Source: Halobacteriales archaeon QS_4_69_31
GTDB lineage: Archaea; Halobacteriota; Halobacteria; Halobacteriales; Haloarculaceae
DNA length: 24,000 nucleotides
Reading direction: 5' to 3'
NCBI GenBank assembly: GCA_003021655.1
Contig: PXRP01000048.1
Location: 1 to 24,000, forward strand
The notes beneath the pieces are model-generated. The model was given only the letters and a program-made list of their open reading frames with translations. It did not search any database and was not told the origin of the DNA. The stretch's first letter is position 1; every line of letters starts with the position of its first letter. The position numbers were made by a program, and so were the translations under genes. Positions 7,955-15,040 of this stretch are shown here, piece after piece.

Positions 7955-8521
7955 ATGGTCGCACTCGAATCCGACGAGACGGCACTCGGACGCGGCGACG
8001 TCGCACCGGAGTTCGAACTGCAGGGGACCGACGGCGAGACGTACGCGCTCGCGGACTTCGCCGACCACGAGGCGGTCCTGCTCGTGTTCACCTGCAACCA
8101 CTGTCCGTACGCCGAGGCGAAGTTCGACGAGCTCAACCGACTGGCCGCCGAGTACGACGAACTCGCGGTCGTCGGCGTCAACCCCAACGACGCCGAGCAG
8201 TACCCCGAGGACTCCCTCCAGCGGATGGGGGAACTCGTCGCGGACGGCACCATCCAGTACGACGCCTACCTCCGCGACGAGAGCCAGGCGGTCGCGGCGG
8301 CCTACGGCGCGACCTGCACGCCCGACCCGTTCCTCCTCGACAACCGCGACGGCGAGTTCCGCCTGGCGTATCACGGCCGCCTGGACGACGCCACCAACCC
8401 CGACGAGGAGCCGACCGAGCGCGAGATGAAAGCCATCGTCGACCGCCTGCTGGCCGGCAAGGAGATAGACGACGAGTTCAAGCCGAGCCGCGGCTGCTCG
8501 ATCAAGTGGCGCGACGACTAG
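7955..8521 (+). CDS. Thioredoxin-fold thiol-disulfide oxidoreductase (AhpC/TSA-redoxin family) with a CxxC motif
   Basis: MVALESDETALGRGDVAPEFELQGTDGETYALADFADHEAVLLVFTCNHCPYA.. contains the redox motif CNHC in a redoxin-like context. The ATG at 7955 is preferred over the TTG at 7925 used by the ORF track. Confidence 0.8.
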   Translation: MVALESDETALGRGDVAPEFELQGTDGETYALADFADHEAVLLVFTCNHCPYAEAKFDELNRLAAEYDELAVVGVNPNDAEQYPEDSLQRMGELVADGTIQYDAYLRDESQAVAAAYGATCTPDPFLLDNRDGEFRLAYHGRLDDATNPDEEPTEREMKAIVDRLLAGKEIDDEFKPSRGCSIKWRDD

Positions 8522-8535
8522 GTCGGCCGGACGGG

Positions 8536-9717
8536 TCAGGACAGCGCCTCGACGAGGGCCTCGGTGCCGGCGTCGACATCGCGGTCGCGCAGGTACGTGG
8601 CCACCGCCGACTTGAACCCGACGAGTTTCTCCGGGCTGATACCGAGCCCGTGGGTCATCGAGCTGAGCTGTGTGTCCGCCCGGTTGAGCGCGCGCTTCTG
8701 TTCGCGGATCAGCGGGTGGAAGTCCTCGACCGGGACGTCGGCCCGCGGCGGGACGCCCCCGACCGCGGCGTCGAAAGTCGCCAGCCCTTCGACGGACCCG
8801 GCGAACGCGAGGAACTCCCGGACACCCTCGTCGTCGGCCGACTGGCTGCTCGGGACGAGCGCGTTCATGCTGAGCAGGAAAGTATCGCCGGTCCCCGGCA
8901 GCGGGACGTGCCCCCAGTCGGGGCCGTACTCGAAGCCCTCGACGCCGGCCATCCGGCCCAGCGCCCACAGGCCGTTGACGTGGACGGCCCCCTCCCGGCG
9001 TGCGAACCGGCCGTCGGCGTCGGCCGAGGTGAGAAACTCCATGTCCTCGGGGGTGTAGGCCAGCGCCGCGTCGAGGGTTTCCAGCGCCGCGCGGACCGCG
9101 TCGCGGTGGTCCGCGGCGTCACCGGCGGTCACGTCCCGGTAGGCGCGGGGCCCGCCGTGGGCGACCAGCAGCGACTCCCAGAACTGACACGCGCCGAACG
9201 GGTCCCGGCCGAACAGGATGAGCGGCGCCACGTCCAGCGCCTCGTCGAGCGCGTCGAGCATCTCCAGGAACGCCGACGGCGACGACGGCCGGGTCGGGTC
9301 GACGCCCGCCTCCTCCAGGTAGCCGGCGTTGTAGAAGACGTTGTTGACACGGTAGATGTCGATGGGGACACACCGGTAGCGCCCGTCGAACCTGGCGTTG
9401 CGTTTCGCCTCCGCGACGAACTGGGAGTCCATCCCGGTCTCCGTCCAGAGGTCGGTGACGTCGGCGACGGCGGTCGACAGCGAGGGCTCGATGTTCGCGC
9501 CCGGCCACTCGACCCACACGTCCGGGGGGTCTTGCTGGAGGACCCGGTTTTTCACGTGGAGTCTGAGCTGGGAGATGTGAACGCCCGTGTTTTCGACCGA
9601 GACGCCGCCGTGTCGGTGCTCGAACGCCTCGATCACGAGGTTCAGCGCCTCCGAGTCCTCCTCACAGAAGTGCTGGACCACCTCGATCCGGCCGCTCGCG
9701 GACGCAGAGCGTTGCAT
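8536..9717 (-). CDS. ABC-transporter family-1 (carbohydrate-type) substrate-binding protein homologue lacking a signal peptide/lipobox
   Basis: GRIEVVQHFCEEDSEALNLVIEAFEHRHGGVSVE..QQDPPDVWVEWPGANI..FDGRYRCVPIDIYRVNNVFYNAGYLEEAGVDP matches the N-lobe pattern of solute-binding family 1. The ATG is at 9715-9717. The track's longer start at 9762 is a TTG and adds only MRRRFFRRVRPTPPA. Confidence 0.7.
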   Translation of the reverse strand: MQRSASASGRIEVVQHFCEEDSEALNLVIEAFEHRHGGVSVENTGVHISQLRLHVKNRVLQQDPPDVWVEWPGANIEPSLSTAVADVTDLWTETGMDSQFVAEAKRNARFDGRYRCVPIDIYRVNNVFYNAGYLEEAGVDPTRPSSPSAFLEMLDALDEALDVAPLILFGRDPFGACQFWESLLVAHGGPRAYRDVTAGDAADHRDAVRAALETLDAALAYTPEDMEFLTSADADGRFARREGAVHVNGLWALGRMAGVEGFEYGPDWGHVPLPGTGDTFLLSMNALVPSSQSADDEGVREFLAFAGSVEGLATFDAAVGGVPPRADVPVEDFHPLIREQKRALNRADTQLSSMTHGLGISPEKLVGFKSAVATYLRDRDVDAGTEALVEALS

Positions 9718-9921
9718 TGCTGGCGGTGTAGGACGGACTCGACGGAAAAACCTGCGGCGCAAGAATCAAATTCGATGTTTGGGAGGTTCCGGAACGGCCG
9801 GAGAGCCGCCCGTTCACTGCCCGCTCCGCGCTGTCGTCGCCGGGGGTGTACCGGGGACCTATCTCCAGGGACGGTGAACGCGAGTCACAACAGCAAAGTG
9901 CGAACCCGCGGACTCCAGGGT

Positions 9922-10902
9922 ATGAAGGCGACGGCGAAAGCGCACCCGATCCAGGGGCTGGTCAAGTACCACGGGATGCGCGACCCGGAGTTGCGACTCC
10001 CGTACCACGACTCTATCAGTCTCTGCACGGCACCGAGCCACACGAAGACGACAGTCGAGTTCGAGCCCGTTCTGGAAGCCGACCGCTACCGCGTCGACGG
10101 CGAGCGCGTCGAGGGGCGGGGGGCCGAGCGCATCCGGCGGGTCGTCGACCACGTCCGCGAGCGCGCCGGCATCGAGAAGCGCGTCCGCTTCGAGTCGGAG
10201 AACTCCTTCCCGACGAACATCGGGTTCGGCTCCTCGTCGTCAGGGTTCGCGGCGGCCGCGACGGCGCTGGTCGAAGCCGCGGGGCTTGACCTCTCCCGGC
10301 CCGAGATATCGACGGTCGCCCGCCGGGGTTCCTCGTCGGCCGCCCGGGCGGTCACGGGGGCGTACTCGCACCTCCGGGCGGGCGCCGACGACGCCGACTG
10401 CCGCTCCGAGCGGATCGACGTGGCCGAGGCCTTCGAGGAGGACGTCCGCGTCGTCGCCGGGATGGTCCCCGCATACAAGGAGACCGAGGCCGCCCACGAG
10501 GAGGCCGCCGAGAGCCACATGTTCGAGGGACGCCTGGCCCACATCCACGACCAGGTCGCGGGCATGCGCGGGGAACTGCGCGCGGGCGACCTGGAGGGGG
10601 CCTTCGAGCGGGCCGAACACGACTCCCTGTCGCTGGCCGCGACGACGATGACCGGCCCCGCGGGGTGGGTCTACTGGCAACCCCGCACCATCGAGATCTT
10701 CAACGCGGTCCGGGAGCTCCGGAGCGAGGCGGACGTTCCGGTCTACTTCTCGGTGGACACGGGCGCGAGCGTCTACGTCAACACCACCGCCGACCACGTC
10801 GACCGCGTCGAGTCGGCCGTCGCGGACTGTGGCGTCGACACGCGCGTCTGGGAGGTGGGTGGTCCCGCCCGCGTCCTCGATGCCGACGAGGCGCTGTTCT
10901 GA
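9922..10902 (+). CDS. mvaD: GHMP-kinase-fold mevalonate-(di)phosphate decarboxylase family; phosphomevalonate decarboxylase of the haloarchaeal alternative mevalonate pathway
   Basis: The ATG at 9922 gives MKATAKAHPIQGLVKYHGMRD..SFPTNIGFGSSSSGFAAAATAL..RGSSSAARA.., which carries the MVD-family signature blocks. The upstream part of track ORF 8506..10902 is antisense to the SBP gene and Arg-rich. Confidence 0.85.
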   Translation: MKATAKAHPIQGLVKYHGMRDPELRLPYHDSISLCTAPSHTKTTVEFEPVLEADRYRVDGERVEGRGAERIRRVVDHVRERAGIEKRVRFESENSFPTNIGFGSSSSGFAAAATALVEAAGLDLSRPEISTVARRGSSSAARAVTGAYSHLRAGADDADCRSERIDVAEAFEEDVRVVAGMVPAYKETEAAHEEAAESHMFEGRLAHIHDQVAGMRGELRAGDLEGAFERAEHDSLSLAATTMTGPAGWVYWQPRTIEIFNAVRELRSEADVPVYFSVDTGASVYVNTTADHVDRVESAVADCGVDTRVWEVGGPARVLDADEALF

Positions 10903-10961
10903 GTACTGGCCGCTCGGCGGGGAGATACCGGCCCCTTCCCCGGGAGTCCGAGGGGTCGTCA

Positions 10962-10987
10962 GTGGGCTTTTCTCGGCGGGGGCCCAC
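10962..10987 (+). terminator. Possible terminator hairpin with a T-run after mvaD
   Basis: GTGGGC-ttttctcggcgggg-GCCCAC forms a 6-bp stem with TTTTCT in the loop. It lies 60 nt after the stop codon and just upstream of the next gene. Confidence 0.2.
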
Positions 10988-10995
10988 CTGCCGGT

Positions 10996-12228
10996 ATGCG
11001 CGTCGCCGTCCTCGGTGCTGGCTACGCCGGCCTGACCCTCGCGACCACGCTCGAAGACCGCCTCCCCGACGACGTCGAACTCGTCGTCGTCGACGAGAGC
11101 GACTACCACCTCGTCCAGCACGAACTCCACCGCGTCGTCCGCCGCCGTTCGCTGGCCGACCACATCACCATCGACCTCGACGCCGTCTTCGACCGGGCGA
11201 CCGTCCGCCGCGCGGAAGTGACCGACGTCGACCCCGACGACGGCGTCGCGACGCTCTCGGAGGAGGGCGAGGGCGAGGGCGAGGAGACGCTCGACTACGA
11301 CATCGCGGCGGTCTGTCTCGGCGCGACGACGAACTTCTACGGCCTGCCCGGCGTCCGCGAGCACGCCACGCCGCTCAAGCGCCTCGCAGACGCCCGCGCT
11401 ATCCGGGCGGAGTTTCTCGACCTCGTCGACGGGTCGACGGCCGACGACGCGTCCGGGGAGTCCGCCCGCGTCGTGGTCGGGGGCGCGGGGCTGTCGGGCG
11501 TCCAGGTCGCGGGCGAACTCGCGGCGCTGGCCCGCGAGCGCGGCGCCGCCGACGCCGTCGAGGTCTGCCTGCTCGAACAGGAAGACAGCGTCGCGCCGTC
11601 GTTCCCGCCGGAGTTTCAGCGGGCGGTCTACGACGAACTGGTGACCCGCGGGGTGACAGTCCGGACGGGGACGGCGGTCGAGCGCGCCGACGAGCGGGCG
11701 GTCGAACTCACGGACTGCGACGCGCTCGCCTACGACCAGTTCCTCTGGACCGGCGGCATCGCCGGCCCGGGCGCGCTCGGCGGCGAGCGCCCGGTCACGC
11801 GCAGCACGCTCGAACTGGGCGAGGGCACGTTCGTGCTCGGCGACGCGGCGAAGGTCGTCGACGACGACGGCGAGGCGGTCCCGGCGAGCGCGCAGGCGGC
11901 CGTCCGCGAGGCGCGGGTCGTCGCGCGCAACGTCGAGCGCCTCGTCGACCACGAGCGCGCGGGCGGCGGCGGGTTCGAACCGCGGCTGGACGGCTACCGC
12001 TTCGACGGACTGGGATGGCTCGTCAGCGTCGGCGACGGCGCGGTCGCACAGGTGGGCCCGACGGTCCTCACCGGCCGGGCGGCGAAACTGGTCAAGACCT
12101 CCGTCGGCGCCGGCTACCTCTCCAGTGTCGGCGCCGTGGAGAACGCCGTCGACCTGGTGCGCGAGGAACTGGGCTGGCCCGACGGCGAGGCCGCCGAGGC
12201 GTCGCCGCCGGTCGACGACGGCGGATGA
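10996..12228 (+). CDS. FAD/NAD(P)-dependent oxidoreductase, type II NADH dehydrogenase (NDH-2)-like
   Basis: There are two dinucleotide-binding motifs: the N-terminal MRVAVLGAGYAGLTLA and the internal VVVGGAGLSGVQVAGELA. A C-terminal GD motif (VLGDAA) is also present. The ORF is acidic and 410 aa long. Confidence 0.85.
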   Translation: MRVAVLGAGYAGLTLATTLEDRLPDDVELVVVDESDYHLVQHELHRVVRRRSLADHITIDLDAVFDRATVRRAEVTDVDPDDGVATLSEEGEGEGEETLDYDIAAVCLGATTNFYGLPGVREHATPLKRLADARAIRAEFLDLVDGSTADDASGESARVVVGGAGLSGVQVAGELAALARERGAADAVEVCLLEQEDSVAPSFPPEFQRAVYDELVTRGVTVRTGTAVERADERAVELTDCDALAYDQFLWTGGIAGPGALGGERPVTRSTLELGEGTFVLGDAAKVVDDDGEAVPASAQAAVREARVVARNVERLVDHERAGGGGFEPRLDGYRFDGLGWLVSVGDGAVAQVGPTVLTGRAAKLVKTSVGAGYLSSVGAVENAVDLVREELGWPDGEAAEASPPVDDGG

Positions 12229-12302
12229 GACTCCCGGGCGCGCTCCAGAGTCGCCTTGAGGGCCTCGAGACGTCGCCGCCGGTCGACGACAGCGGATGAG
12301 AC
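12200..12302. repeat. 32-bp direct repeat (31/32 identical) duplicating the last codons plus the stop of the NDH-2-like gene
   Basis: CGTCGCCGCCGGTCGACGACGGCGGATGAGAC at 12200-12231 and CGTCGCCGCCGGTCGACGACAGCGGATGAGAC at 12271-12302. Both copies encode SPPVDD(G/S)G followed by a stop. Confidence 0.85.
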
Positions 12303-12394
12303 GGGTCCGGGGAACCCCGATACACGCCGTGAAGAGACGGTGAGAGAGGCCGAGAGGGCTGACAAGACTACGTGGTACCCGGACAGCCGACCGG

Positions 12395-13366
12395 TCAGCC
12401 GGTCGCTTTCTCGACGGCGATCTCGGGGGCCGTCCAGATGACGAACTCATCGTCGCGGTCGACGACGCCGTTGATGCCGTCCCGTTCGACCGGCGAGTCG
12501 TTGACGTCGTCCGCGGAGATGGGCGTGACCTGGTTGACGTCGTCAACGACCCAGCCGATCGCCCCCTGGTCCTCGAAGCCGTCGGGGTCGAAGACGACGA
12601 TCAGTTCCTTGCTCCCCTCGGCGTCGATGTCGAGCAGGACCTTCGGGTCGAGGATCGTCGTGATCTGTCCCCGCAGGTCGACGACGCCCTCGACGTAGTC
12701 GGGGGTGTTCGGCACCCGGGTGATCGTCTCGCGTTTGACGATCTCCTCGACGTGCTCGATGGCGAGACAGTACCGCTCGTCGCCGAGGTCGAACTCCAGA
12801 ACGCGGGTCTCGTCGGCGGAGGTCTCGACGCCCGCGTCGGCCCGCCCGGCGGCCGCCATGCCGACGCCGGCGGCCCCCTCCTCCGGGTCGGGGACGACCT
12901 CGGCTCCGGTCTCGGCCGTCTCGAGACCGGCCTGGTCCGCGAGGTCTTCCACGTCGACCTCCACGTCCCCGACCTCGGCGCCCGGGATGTGGATCGTCGC
13001 GTCCTCGTCCTCGCCCGCGCCGGACCCTGGACTCCCGTCGGGGCCGGACGCCTGGTGGTCCCCGGAGTCTGAGTCCGCCGCTCCGGCGTCGTCCGGGTCG
13101 GCCGCTCCCGGGCCGTCCGCGTCGGTCGCTCCGCCCTCGTCGGCCGCTGTCTCGGCGTCGGCTGAGTCGGCACCGCCGTCCAGGTCGGCCGCGGGGCTGT
13201 TGCCGTCGGCCACGCCGGAGTCAGCCCCGGCGGAGTCGGCGTCGGAGTCAGACGGGCCGTCACCGGCGTCGGCGTCGCCGGAGTCGTCGGACTGTGCCTC
13301 GGGTCGTGAGCCCTCGCGCATCTCGCGGATGCGGCGGGCGCGGTCCATGCGTTCGTCGTCGGTCAT
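12395..13366 (-). CDS. cheW: CheW-domain chemotaxis coupling protein with a 186-aa N-terminal extension (a basic helix followed by an acidic low-complexity region)
   Basis: The C-terminal residues (about 187-323) read RVLEFDLGDERYCLAIEHVEEIVKRETITRVPNTPDYVEGVVDLRGQITTILDPKVLL..ELIVVFD..IGWVVDDVNQV, the classic CheW pattern. The ATG at 13364-13366 overlaps the parA stop. The longer track ORF (to 14245) is Arg/Gly noise antisense-frame to parA. Confidence 0.85.
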   Translation of the reverse strand: MTDDERMDRARRIREMREGSRPEAQSDDSGDADAGDGPSDSDADSAGADSGVADGNSPAADLDGGADSADAETAADEGGATDADGPGAADPDDAGAADSDSGDHQASGPDGSPGSGAGEDEDATIHIPGAEVGDVEVDVEDLADQAGLETAETGAEVVPDPEEGAAGVGMAAAGRADAGVETSADETRVLEFDLGDERYCLAIEHVEEIVKRETITRVPNTPDYVEGVVDLRGQITTILDPKVLLDIDAEGSKELIVVFDPDGFEDQGAIGWVVDDVNQVTPISADDVNDSPVERDGINGVVDRDDEFVIWTAPEIAVEKATG

Positions 13367-14283
13367 GTGGTCACCTCGGGTTCGGCTCCCGGTTCGTAGC
13401 CGAATCGCTCGTCGAGCGTGGCCGCGATGTCGGCGAAGACCTCGGTCATGTCGACGCTGTCGTCGTAAGCGAACAGCGACTCGCCGGCCGAGAACGAGCG
13501 CTGGAGCGCGACGCGCTTGCGGACCTCCCAGACGGGGTCGTCCGCGAACACCTCCTCGAACCACTCGACCATAGTCTCGTCCTCGCGGGTCGGCTCCACG
13601 CGGTTGGCGACGACCCCGAGCGTCTCGACCTCGATGTCGGCCTGGGCTTCCAGGGCGGTCATCTGGTCGATGAGCAACTCGACGGCCCGCTCGGAGGTCG
13701 CCTCCGCCAGCGCCGGCACCAGGATCGCCCGGGTCGCGTAGATGCCGGTGTCGGTCAGCTTGCCGTAGAACGGCGGCGAGTCGACGACCACGTAGTCGTA
13801 GTCGCCCGCGACCCCGTCCAGCGCCCGGTCGAGCGTGTCCAGCGCGTGTGGCCCCGAGACCGCCTCGGGGGTGACGTTGACCGCCAGCGACGACAGCGCC
13901 GCGGGGTCGACGTCGGCACCGCCCTCGCCCGCGCGGGCGACCAGGTCCGCGACCGTCAGCTCGCGTTCGGCCTGGAGCATGTCGATGTTGCTCGGCACGA
14001 CGTCCATCTCGGGGTGCTCGATGACGATGTCGGCGAGGCGGCCGCGTTCGCCCGCATCCGTGAGCACGTCGAACAGCGACGGCGGCCGGGCGTCGTAGGC
14101 GTCGGCCAGTCCCAGCCCCTCGGTCGCGTTGCCCTGCGGGTCCAGGTCCACGAACAGCACGTCGTGGCCCCGCTCGTTGAGCGCCCCCGCGACGTTTATC
14201 GCCACGGTCGTCTTGCCTGTCCCGCCCTTGGCGTTTGTCACACACAGACAGGCCGCTCCGGTGGTGTCTCGTCCGGTCGCCAC
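13363..14283 (-). CDS. ParA/MinD-family P-loop ATPase (deviant Walker A)
   Basis: MATGRDTTGAACLCVTNAKGGTGKTTVAINVAGALNERGHDVLFVDLDPQGNAT.. carries the deviant Walker A KGGTGKT with the signature lysine. A Walker B-like YDYVVVDSPP is also present. Start is GTG at 14283. The stop overlaps the cheW ATG (TCAT at 13363-13366). Confidence 0.9.
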   Translation of the reverse strand: MATGRDTTGAACLCVTNAKGGTGKTTVAINVAGALNERGHDVLFVDLDPQGNATEGLGLADAYDARPPSLFDVLTDAGERGRLADIVIEHPEMDVVPSNIDMLQAERELTVADLVARAGEGGADVDPAALSSLAVNVTPEAVSGPHALDTLDRALDGVAGDYDYVVVDSPPFYGKLTDTGIYATRAILVPALAEATSERAVELLIDQMTALEAQADIEVETLGVVANRVEPTREDETMVEWFEEVFADDPVWEVRKRVALQRSFSAGESLFAYDDSVDMTEVFADIAATLDERFGYEPGAEPEVTT

Positions 14284-14308
14284 GTTGTCCCAGCCTCCAC
14301 GCTACCGG

Positions 14309-14321
14309 CTAATAAAAATAC
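14309..14321 (-). promoter_or_regulatory. Candidate TATA box for the parA-cheW operon
   Basis: The minus strand reads GTATTTTTATTAG, centred about 32 nt upstream of the GTG start at 14283. It is the most AT-rich element in this intergenic region. Confidence 0.4.
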
Positions 14322-14494
14322 GCGCCGAACTATCAGATCCTGAAATCGGTCGCGAAAGCGGAATTTTGTCCCGACTGAGCGGCGTATCGGCGATATCTTG
14401 CTGCCGCGTGATAATCCGGAGTTTCGGTCGAGACGTGTTCTGACGGGCGTCTGACCGGGTGAAAGATTCATCATGGACGAGAATAGGGCCGACG

Positions 14495-14715
14495 ATGACT
14501 ATCAACTCCCGGGACTACGACCTGAACGAACTCAGAGAGATAGCCCGCAAACGCGGCGACGTCGGCGAGGACAGCCGGCCAGAGGACCCCACGGAGATGG
14601 AGTAGGGCCCCTGAGCGAAGACATCGGGGGCGGGCCACCGGACTCGCTGCGCTCGGGACTGTACCGCGAACTCCTGGTGCTGGTCGGCGGGAGCGACGAG
14701 GCCGAGAAGCCCTAG
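14495..14715 (+). pseudogene. Frame-disrupted small acidic ORF; possible N-terminal remnant of an archaellum FlaD/E (ArlD/E)-like gene
   Basis: ATG at 14495 gives MTINSRDYDLNELREIARKRGDVGEDSRPEDPTEME, ending at the TAG at 14603-14605. An adjacent frame continues with ..GPLSEDIGGGPPDSLRSGLYRELLVLVGGSDEAEKP, ending at the TAG at 14713-14715. Both parts look protein-like while the surrounding frames do not. The family resemblance is from memory only. Confidence 0.25.
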
Positions 14716-14984
14716 CGAACGAACGCCTGCGTCGCGTCCGTCCTGCAGTGATCGGCCCGATTCCCGTCTGTCGTGGCGGGGTGACCACCCAGGTCCGCCG
14801 GCAGGTCAACCGTCAGTCACCCATCACCCGGATCTGGACAGACACGGCCGTAAACCCCGGTCAGACGCGCGTCCGCCGCTGTCCGACCGCCGGCCAGAGG
14901 GCCGGCCCACCCGCGACCGCGTGGCGACCCCGCCCCCGACCCCCTCGCGCCGCTGTCCGGTCCCGCCAGCCGCTCCCGTCGTCG

Positions 14985-14991
14985 AATATAT
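14985..14991 (+). promoter_or_regulatory. Candidate TATA box upstream of the 450-aa gene
   Basis: AATATAT lies about 50 nt upstream of the ATG at 15041, inside an otherwise GC-rich spacer. Confidence 0.3.
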
Positions 14992-15040
14992 CAGAATGAT
15001 GTCCTAGAGACTCATTAGCCCGGCCAAACAAAGGGCGCGC

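Noticed and set aside
7475-8968. N-terminal 498 aa of the 660-aa track ORF 6986..8968 (-), plus ORFs 7477..8253 (-), 7788..8429 (+) and 7619..7894 (+)
   Set aside because: All are Arg/Pro/Gly-rich. Only the last 162 aa, from ATG 7474, form an Lrp/AsnC protein. The 7955..8521 plus frame encodes a convincing thioredoxin-fold protein.
8506-9921. Upstream two-thirds of the 798-aa track ORF 8506..10902 (+)
   Set aside because: It is antisense to the substrate-binding-protein gene and Arg-rich. The recognisable decarboxylase begins at ATG 9922.
10240-12546. 768-aa minus ORF and 544-aa plus ORF (10665..12299) overlapping mvaD and the NDH-2-like gene
   Set aside because: They have extreme Arg/Gly/Pro content and no motifs. 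The alternative frames encode well-recognised enzymes.
12900-13300. Apparent short DNA periodicity (GNC/GAC/GCC-rich, many gtcggc/gccgac motifs)
   Set aside because: It is explained by coding for the Asp/Ala/Gly/Ser low-complexity linker of the CheW protein, not by a separate DNA repeat element.
13367-14343. Extension of the cheW ORF to 14245 (616-aa track ORF) and the plus ORF 13294..14343
   Set aside because: The extension is Arg/Gly-rich and out of frame with the clear ParA-type ATPase on the same strand. The ATG at 13366, overlapping the parA stop, is the sensible cheW start.
14748-14999. 83-aa plus ORF and the overlapping 112-aa minus ORF (14471..14809) in the long intergenic gap
   Set aside because: Both are Arg/Pro-rich with no start context. 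They were treated as non-coding.
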